Shown here in pieces: positions 27,001 through 32,000 of a stretch of DNA of 32,000 bases. The translations under genes were made by a program, and so were the position numbers. The notes beneath the pieces were generated by a model. It worked only from the letters and a program-made list of their open reading frames with translations, ran no database searches and was not told the origin of the DNA. The first letter of the stretch is position 1, and each line of letters begins with the position of its first letter. The stretch lies in the NCBI GenBank assembly GCA_964591795.1, contig CAZQEL010000001.1, positions 30,001 to 62,000 of the forward strand. Reading direction: 5' to 3'. This DNA is from an uncultured archaeon. Lineage in GTDB: Archaea > Iainarchaeota > Iainarchaeia > Iainarchaeales > CSSED10-239.

Positions 27001-28511
27001 TTATGATATTCAGAAGAAATTTCTTCAATATAAAGATTCTTTGTCTTAACTGTAAAGTTTAAATCTGGAATATTTTTAAAAACTGCATTTCCATTTTCAT
27101 CAGAAATACTAAAATCAAATCTAGGATCAATATATTGCCCATCAGCATCATATAACCAAGATTTAATACCAATAATTGGTTTATCATCTTCGTCTTTTAT
27201 TGAAACAATAATATTTGAAACATTACTTATAGTTATTTTTTCTAAATTAAAAGTATATATGTTTAATGAATTAGATACTGACATTAAATTTCCAGGAATG
27301 TACCCTTCTGCTGCTACTTTAAGTGAATAATTTTTATTAGTATCTACATTAAAAATAAAACCTTCATGAAGTTGTCTATCTTCAACATTTTGATTTCCAT
27401 CTAAAAGTAAAGTAACAATAGGATTTGTAGAAGCATCTAAAACAATACCTGTATCTCTATCTTTTACAAAAACAGTTATTTCATTTAAAATAATTTCTTG
27501 ATTTGTATCTGGATCAATAACAGGACTAATTCCATCTCCAGTATCAATCATATTAATAGTAATTTCAGACATTGCATTTTTTATAACAATTACATCTTCT
27601 TGTGATGCTAAATATCTATTTTGAACATCTGTAGCTTTAACAACATAATCACCAATAGGAATAGAATCAAAAGATCCAACCCCAAAGTTTGATTGAATTG
27701 TTTTTATTGAACTAACAGGATCATCAACTGAGAATATTTTTAAAGTAATTGAGTCTTCAATATAATACTCTCCACTCATTAAAGAAACATAAGCAGATCC
27801 AACTTCTAAAGAAATTTCTTTTGGACTTAATCTAATGATTGAATCAGACATTTTTATTGGAATACTTGTAGCATTATATTTATCACTTACTACATTTGCA
27901 TAAAGAGTTTTACAGCTTGAAGGAACTTCTAAAGACACAGAACCATCAACTGTTTCTATTGATGAAGGTGTAATTACATCTCCATTATCACAAATAATAG
28001 TTACACTTAAAGCATCTTTAATTTTTTGTTCAGTTAAAGCATCTTGAAAATATACAATTTTTGGAAAATTAACTGGAATATTTAAAAGACCGATTATAAA
28101 ATTAAAAGTTTGTCTATCAAAAATTAGTTCTTGTTCATAATAGTCATAACCTTCTTGTTCAACAATAAACAAATAAGAATTATTTTTATTTAAGGTGATT
28201 TTAAAAGAACCAGCAACATTTGTAGTATAATTATTTGTAGTTCCGTCTGATATGTTTCTAAGTTTAAAATCAAAATTACTTAAAATATTATTTTCATTAT
28301 CAGCAAGCCTTAAAGTTACATCAATGTTATTTGATTTTAATGAACCTAAACTTGAACCAAAAATTAAATAAAGTACTATTAAAATAATTAAAATGAATAA
28401 AAAAAAAGAAGTTAAAGGATACTTTTTATCTAAAGGACCTGTTATTTTCTTAATTGGAATTCTATTATCTATCCCTGTAAGAATATTTTGCCATGTCTCT
28501 TTAAAACTCAT
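21003..28511 (-). CDS. giant surface protein (about 2502 aa): N-terminal TM anchor, beta-sandwich/Ig-like stalk, internal Ala/Gly-rich hydrophobic island, conserved C-terminal module
   Basis: Uninterrupted 7.5-kb ORF. I place the start at the ATG at 28509-28511 (MSFKETW...). The track's GTG (28518-28520) lies inside a GGGTGAT Shine-Dalgarno at 28516-28522. The TM anchor is LTSFFLFILIILIVLYLIF. Repeated carboxypeptidase-regulatory/Ig-like units include IKDEDDKPIIGIKSWLYDADG...DENGNAVFKNIP and VKDTTGNAVESANINILQ...TDAEGKATISLP. A hydrophobic island lies at track aa 1521-1595. The C-terminal ~900 aa is homologous to the 973-aa protein. Confidence 0.9.
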   Translation of the reverse strand: MSFKETWQNILTGIDNRIPIKKITGPLDKKYPLTSFFLFILIILIVLYLIFGSSLGSLKSNNIDVTLRLADNENNILSNFDFKLRNISDGTTNNYTTNVAGSFKITLNKNNSYLFIVEQEGYDYYEQELIFDRQTFNFIIGLLNIPVNFPKIVYFQDALTEQKIKDALSVTIICDNGDVITPSSIETVDGSVSLEVPSSCKTLYANVVSDKYNATSIPIKMSDSIIRLSPKEISLEVGSAYVSLMSGEYYIEDSITLKIFSVDDPVSSIKTIQSNFGVGSFDSIPIGDYVVKATDVQNRYLASQEDVIVIKNAMSEITINMIDTGDGISPVIDPDTNQEIILNEITVFVKDRDTGIVLDASTNPIVTLLLDGNQNVEDRQLHEGFIFNVDTNKNYSLKVAAEGYIPGNLMSVSNSLNIYTFNLEKITISNVSNIIVSIKDEDDKPIIGIKSWLYDADGQYIDPRFDFSISDENGNAVFKNIPDLNFTVKTKNLYIEEISSEYHNLPPTDTNITLPVIIGKGTINLNVKNKLEEIVGNSTVTFYSETGAVLGTAMASANGTLQNQIKADKKVFIKIETDGYLPYFTEMFRIYKSKTIIKNIILERALTTEDVVTEYLGLYNTDYQEVESLKNNQVFYLKYKIIMPSSSTNFNFTLRAGSEINVSDDIIFIMSENNSLGVAVYYESEPFSNSSNYLESKLVNIQVNDFPASVHEITIPVRIRNAQTNDKVSFFYTSSITSINYMTQNYTQLQYFVEATSLCNTTFCFSGQYVDVSEGLRYDIGGNKNIPMLVNSDYTLEYQITNSSPNNYPDARLSAVNVNSEGNPTAMVGIKSYDVTGEFSSVGETATGETNFKLPFYENELLKDNLNPFSNINFNLKLFPLILGQSKLQTRIVSEQSVIYTLPINFVVSDLDKMIVDYEPKNIVPGVPFTLTVIVKDTTGNAVESANINILQKTITGTTIVSTGRTTDAEGKATISLPSLRPGETFIIESIKSKYFADPVEFSITRDIIDIFNNSEIINSNSPLEVFIHKTNMDGEIYTLELKNKTAYPLILNQFNEQDVSFNKSYLLNLLQTVNYLNNQIISTPDGFVIPANESKEILIKFAPSESAQSHSVSENILGALTATYLLNNQKYLFNIPVNVKLSVGNGVLEDDCLVVTQSAGEWNTVVSTTTQSTTLKIKNTCISKEGNLPITIKNVQAKIKSNGDRYGIYFLKLIGSGASNQIQLSENYYRILINEMRPEEEYTVEIAFNTNGAKFAEVKTDIYLNAQVETEEGLTFVNKGSNDILLKANISIMDLTQCLSYYDGGEKINSGGLFVLEDTVAKDLTIKNECFGKATLKMDLCEGNDYSCRDLSIDNTDEENGILNFSLLDSEKTVSIKRKDSTIAPGAYVLNNKISVVNNIGREVTSAYALLKINAKDSSGLWMEDPFIEISDTTKVSESVRLYNNNLEQTPWDYVNSIPTVQDVEQYKAQIAQNGVTVTSTFSDYLSSTFNKQDDAFQKMNYKSLENLEFMGTTDEGAMPVAAAIGITVLAAATVTAVGLSIATAAALEIAVASATAAGSVGFAAVLAAIPVYGWITLAVIVLVSWAATSWKNEFAYPVLNNKYLDVPQKYTLSNGEFLKIITVDDVSDESSYLNIFDITGARYYTYNDLITRTQDSDKIYNKIKDRLTKDADLSLTDYVLCNNPNSSIEDYYSQIIKNRNCDNSFNPTIEDGVLSQSIKCYGAKPTRNRIQLETEMFYTCKVNETLWPEQSGIKPLQFSFTDNIYSHINNDSKKYYFKNYEFNPTLEDSVEIQDPAFANSEKIGNYRFGFFITKPEETQNYNLVVQDCVTDTGKTGKTGSGAVPNVLLDWDWSVQDINRCSEKYCDSTQLTQVVLNRINKAEEFISQRTVLYPLSPQEQVIQSLNGFYYIKNAEPINADNNVSVSKVGIDSVELSTAENKFISKIYLDNRSGSIKIGNIVAKLNNEYPTAAYYRNADGDLVGFTEALNLIPVTLNISEDDTFSEIVLEFTESSNSPIIGDDLSLNINLTGESVDMQNNKFESIVSLDIYDEAPVTDCKVPSTTANYNGISYLDLWFNKNMYPDNVNGNGWSQQDIIDFKKLLEFDAYLITDNYNQNFINDFDVAYGGLASKEDGSGTGIYTFMSSPEVFSNGYLSELFKNNLYFIKQYSSEKNNVNLTSPGKYKIKIDFLFNDSSWRFTDVADQVDLNTYVTFRFLQSPETDSVFYRIPFNGFVGQTNSGYNRQGYGVSYTGDIINIDGDNVKSDLDNGSNALRNINITNSSDFYRINSSLETRGNILSVKYNANNIDLILSKSEAVPILMEVTKNNTNPLNVFYRLKDKSDNTLTDSSSLLRWTGVGSGCDFSGNSIFNMAYYDRYASLNGPQSSYILDWPQVIKTGEIYLRTIFYAPEKETYTLENKSDQDVGVKFSLNGTDFSPNVSLGYQTAVSSINSIKSVFDLIAENQICVLNSTDGSSSEFFYNPAEIYPEEFIAERDALKCS

Positions 28512-28515
28512 AAAA

Positions 28516-28522
28516 ATCACCC
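28516..28522 (-). promoter_or_regulatory. Shine-Dalgarno site (GGGTGAT) of the 2505-aa gene
   Basis: The transcribed strand reads GGGTGAT-TTTT-ATG. This matches the archaeal or bacterial anti-SD complement GGAGGTGATC. Confidence 0.6.
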
Positions 28523-28533
28523 TGTGTTAATAA

Positions 28534-31455
28534 TTAATTTATTATACATCCATCGTTGTTTTCAATCCATATAGTTTGTGATTCACTTGATAGATCTCCA
28601 CCGAATAATGGTTCTGATACTGCAATAGGATTATAATATATTTTTAATGAATTACCAGTGTAATCAATACATGCTTTCTTTTCATTAACAAGATTAAAAA
28701 TCTCACTTACAAACTTAATATCATTTTCTAAAATATTATTAAGTATAACAGAGTTTGATCCACTTGTATTATCTTTTGTAAAAAACAATGCTGAATCATC
28801 AGCTGAATCTTGATATAATACACTTTTACCATTACCTGTTTTAAAATTACTTGGAGTGTATAAAACTGTTCTTAAATAAACATTTCCATGTCTTGTAATA
28901 TTCTTTGCTTCCCATTCAACACCATAAGACACTGCTTGACTTGGAGTAATTGGTGCAAGTCTTGATGAAAGTGCATGTACATCTGGTCTTTCAAGATAAG
29001 CTTCTTGTACTGATATTCCTGAAAAGTCAAGACAATTACCAATACCTGTCCATGGAACTAAAGTTCCTGAAGTAAGTGCTGGTTCTCCACCTTGATTTTG
29101 TGGTCCACCAATATCAAGTTTATAGAAACTATAAGCATCATTTGCTTGATTAGATACTTTTAAAGCAACTGGAGTTGCTCTTGATGGTATAAAATAAAGT
29201 TCTGGATTTGTTTTATTTTCAGATAAATTAATACTAAGTAACATACCTCTTGTTGAACCGTTATTTAAGAAAGAAAATTCATTTGGAAGACGTCCATATT
29301 CCTTTACACTTACAGTATTAATTGTATTTGATTGTGTAAAAGGTTCTGTTCTTAAATATTGACCAGTTGCAGTTTCAACAATTGTTACAATATCTCCAGT
29401 AAAATCAATACCATAACCTTGTCTTGCGTTATCTGAATCAACACCTACAAGTCCATCAAATGGCATATAATAAAGAGGAGAATCTCTTTCTGGTGAAATT
29501 TCTCTAGATAAAACTATATCTACATTTCCTGTAATATTGCCAGCATCATCAAACAATCTCCATTGATCGTCAAATGTTACATCTAATAAAACATTATATC
29601 TTCCAGGACCTTGTAAAATAAGTCTTCCTGATTCTGAATCCATTGTTGATTTAAAATTAAAATTATTAGATATAAAATATTTATAATATTTTTCAATATA
29701 ATCTGTTGGAGCTGCAGTTATTGTAAATCTATAATATCTATCAAAATCTGATTTAAAATCATCAGAATATCCATCTTTCATTAAATAAGATCTAAACTCA
29801 ACTAATGAAGTATCAATCTTTGTGTTCTTTGAATATAAATTTAAATTCCTTGAAATCTTTGGTAAATTACAAACTTCTGAATTTGGAGTAAATATGTTTT
29901 CTAAAATATTATCCAATTCTGAATCTACAATACTATATGGGGTATCCAATATTAAAACTGCAGAAACTTTTAAACTTGTAGTATCATCTAAAATTATTCC
30001 AACATCAAATGATTCATTTCCAACATAAACTTCATTATTAAAATCATTTATATTTAAAGTAATTAATTTTGATTCAACTTGAACATTATTTTTATAAACT
30101 GTTAAACTTAAATGACCATATGGAGAAGGAGATATATTTTTATCAGCATTATTAAAACCACCTTCTATTCTATAATCAACAGCAATATATCTATCATCAT
30201 AACTTGAATTTAAAATAGTTAGACCTAAGTTATCTGTTGCAGAAACTAAATTTTGAGTAACACCTGGTGTTGGACAAGTGAAATCTCCTTTATTTGTTTG
30301 AACAAAATCATCTATTTCTTTTAATTTATTTAAAAGTTCAATTGAGAACTGTGTTGAATCACAAAAGATTGATTGTTTATCAGCTTCTCCTGTTAAATCA
30401 GCATCACACCAATTAAGAGTATTTACATACTTATCTGAAATTAATTGTACCTCTTGATTATATCCAAAATCCCAATTAAATGCAATCTTTGGTAATATTT
30501 CTGAACCTGTTTGTCCTAAAAGCATTCCACTTTCAGTAACACAATTAACTTGATCAAGATTAGTATTATCAAGCACATCTCTTGTATAAGAATTAAATAT
30601 TAATTTAAATGGTTCAGTTACAATTTCATCTTTTCTATTATCATTTATTATTTTTAAAAAATTATCATTTCCACTTAAAACTCTACTAATTTTTATTAAT
30701 GGAGTACCTGTTGAAAAAGGTGAAGCTAAGAAAGTTAACCAATCTCCACTTAAAAATTTACCATTAAATATATCGTTTGGAGTTAAACTATAACTAATAT
30801 CATTTATATATGTTGATTTAGGATATTTAACAACAAAATTTCTATATTCGTATTCGTTTTCAATAGTTTTTGCAGGATCTTCAAATAATATTTCTCTTTT
30901 TTGAATATCTAAAACATCATTATTTGAATCTAAAACTTGTGTTAATTTTGTTTTGTCAGCAAGTCTAAATGTTGGTGAATTGCTACCATTATCTATTTCT
31001 ATTAAATTTTTAACTTTTATAAACTGTGCATCAAGAACATTTTTATCTGTTAATAAAATATTTTCATATGGTAAATAATCGGGTATATCCTTTGCATCCA
31101 ATTTATTAACATATACAAAATCTTCAACATGTTCAATTGTATAATCTTTAATGTCATTTGAAATATTTACTTTATCTCTATCAAGCGCAAAATTAATTTC
31201 AACTTTTGATAATGAACTAAAAGTTTTAAATGCTGAAAAAGCACCTACTAAAATTCCATGAACAACAGGACTTAATCCAAATACTTTGGTTAAAAGACCA
31301 CCTCCAGAACTAAATAGTGAATCTACTAATCCCTTTCCAACAGCTTCTGTAGCATCATCATTGCCGGGTGCAGCTACAGGCACGCTAATAAAAGAAAGCA
31401 TTAGAGTTATCATTAATATTATTCCTAGGAATTTAGTTTTATTTTCATATTTCAT
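28534..31455 (-). CDS. secreted 973-aa protein: signal peptide, Gly-rich hydrophobic segment, then a full copy of the module forming the C-terminal third of the 2505-aa protein
   Basis: The signal peptide is MKYENKTKFLGIILMITLMLSFISVPVAA. The hydrophobic Gly-rich segment AVGKGLVDSLFSSGGGLLTKVFGLSPVVHGILVGAFSAFKTF spans aa 38-79. Blocks shared with the 2505-aa C-terminus include CVTESG..G.TGS..P...FNWDF, FCDSTQ, YLMKDGYSDDFKSDFD, PGRYNV, YYMPFDG...RQGYGI.FTGDI, WTGIGNCLDFSG, YLRTVLYTP and YYNP. An AGGTG Shine-Dalgarno lies 8 nt upstream of the ATG. Confidence 0.9.
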   Translation of the reverse strand: MKYENKTKFLGIILMITLMLSFISVPVAAPGNDDATEAVGKGLVDSLFSSGGGLLTKVFGLSPVVHGILVGAFSAFKTFSSLSKVEINFALDRDKVNISNDIKDYTIEHVEDFVYVNKLDAKDIPDYLPYENILLTDKNVLDAQFIKVKNLIEIDNGSNSPTFRLADKTKLTQVLDSNNDVLDIQKREILFEDPAKTIENEYEYRNFVVKYPKSTYINDISYSLTPNDIFNGKFLSGDWLTFLASPFSTGTPLIKISRVLSGNDNFLKIINDNRKDEIVTEPFKLIFNSYTRDVLDNTNLDQVNCVTESGMLLGQTGSEILPKIAFNWDFGYNQEVQLISDKYVNTLNWCDADLTGEADKQSIFCDSTQFSIELLNKLKEIDDFVQTNKGDFTCPTPGVTQNLVSATDNLGLTILNSSYDDRYIAVDYRIEGGFNNADKNISPSPYGHLSLTVYKNNVQVESKLITLNINDFNNEVYVGNESFDVGIILDDTTSLKVSAVLILDTPYSIVDSELDNILENIFTPNSEVCNLPKISRNLNLYSKNTKIDTSLVEFRSYLMKDGYSDDFKSDFDRYYRFTITAAPTDYIEKYYKYFISNNFNFKSTMDSESGRLILQGPGRYNVLLDVTFDDQWRLFDDAGNITGNVDIVLSREISPERDSPLYYMPFDGLVGVDSDNARQGYGIDFTGDIVTIVETATGQYLRTEPFTQSNTINTVSVKEYGRLPNEFSFLNNGSTRGMLLSINLSENKTNPELYFIPSRATPVALKVSNQANDAYSFYKLDIGGPQNQGGEPALTSGTLVPWTGIGNCLDFSGISVQEAYLERPDVHALSSRLAPITPSQAVSYGVEWEAKNITRHGNVYLRTVLYTPSNFKTGNGKSVLYQDSADDSALFFTKDNTSGSNSVILNNILENDIKFVSEIFNLVNEKKACIDYTGNSLKIYYNPIAVSEPLFGGDLSSESQTIWIENNDGCIIN

Positions 31456-31502
31456 ATATTTTACACCTTTAATTTCATAAAAGTTTTTTTTAATAAATTT
31501 AA

Positions 31503-32000
31503 TTATTTATATGAACAACATGGTTCATAAACCCCATGACTTGTATTTGAACATGCATTAAAAGTTGCAAACACTTTTCCAGTTTCAATTTGACAACCTC
31601 TTGCTCTATCAGTTCCATCACATCTATAGACATATTTATCTCCATTTGGTTTAATACTAAATGAAGCATCACAAGTCTCACTTGTGTTATCCAGAACTTC
31701 TAATAAATTTAAAGCAACAGCAGCTTCATTTTTATAAACGTCTAAATTATCTTGTAATTTAGATGATGTATTAAATTTTGTTGCAGCATTGTTATATGCC
31801 CCCATAGCACTATTCCAAGAATTTTCAGTATATTCTGACGCACTATAATTAGTGCCTGAAAAAGACATACTTTCTGCGCTTGCAAGAACTATTTCAACAG
31901 CATCAAAAGTCTGAGCAGCAGGGGATTTACTCACAAGTTTTGCAATCAAACTATTTAATTCAGTATTCTCTGCAACAGTAATACTTTCTTTATCTTTTAA
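31503..32000 (-). CDS. C-terminal part of a larger protein with a six-Cys C-terminal domain (gene continues beyond the right window edge)
   Basis: The track ORF (31503..31949) begins at a TTG. The same frame stays open for the remaining 17 codons to position 32000 (LKDKESITVAENTELNSLIAKLV...), so the real start is probably outside the window. The last ~55 aa contain six Cys (ETCDASF...YRCDG...RGCQIE...NACSN...EPCCSYK). It ends 47 nt upstream of the 973-aa gene. Confidence 0.65.
   Translation of the reverse strand, partial: LKDKESITVAENTELNSLIAKLVSKSPAAQTFDAVEIVLASAESMSFSGTNYSASEYTENSWNSAMGAYNNAATKFNTSSKLQDNLDVYKNEAAVALNLLEVLDNTSETCDASFSIKPNGDKYVYRCDGTDRARGCQIETGKVFATFNACSNTSHGVYEPCCSYK

Noticed and set aside
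11880-31455. Diversity-generating retroelement targeting the C-termini of the surface proteins
   Set aside because: DGRs have been reported in DPANN-type archaea and typically target surface proteins. This window has no reverse transcriptase gene. I found no template/variable repeat pair near any 3' end by eye. A computational self-alignment tolerant of A-specific mismatches would be needed to exclude it fully.
1-32000. CRISPR array or other short interspersed direct repeats
   Set aside because: There is no regularly spaced repeat-spacer pattern in any intergenic region. The only clear nucleotide repeats are the serpin paralogue tracts and homopolymer A/T runs.

Overview
Very AT-rich, gene-dense window in which every supportable gene is on the minus strand. 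It most likely comes from a DPANN-type archaeon (Woese-/Pace-/Nanoarchaeota-like). This rests on motif recognition only, with no database search. The supporting signs are an archaeal-type AlaRS (N-terminal CxxC...FW module), a class II HisRS, three tRNA genes without encoded CCA (Pro-UGG, His-GUG with encoded G-1, Arg-GCG), Shine-Dalgarno motifs matching GGAGGTGAT, and a bacterial-type HU. The left third (1-11.1 kb) mixes housekeeping genes (alaS, hisS, HU, tRNAs) with membrane-anchored exo-proteins (a two-HKD phospholipase-D-like protein and two tandem serpins) and an EgtD-like methyltransferase. It also holds two small loci the ORF track does not explain: an ORF interrupted by an in-frame TAA, and a frame-split AbrB/SpoVT-like gene. 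The right two thirds (11.1-32 kb) form one tightly packed co-directional cluster that runs off the window. It encodes a Cys-rich secreted protein (partial), a 973-aa secreted protein, a 2505-aa and a 2111-aa membrane-anchored giant protein, a 124-aa secreted protein, a 762-aa Gly-rich repeat protein and two small polytopic membrane proteins. The three large proteins share a C-terminal module I cannot assign to any family. The 973-aa protein looks like a free-standing copy of the C-terminal third of the 2505-aa protein. In both, that part begins with an Ala/Gly-rich hydrophobic segment resembling a fusion peptide. I consider this cluster the candidate undescribed system: a surface apparatus, possibly for host contact or membrane interaction. 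No CRISPR array, transposase, integrase, rRNA or reverse transcriptase was seen.
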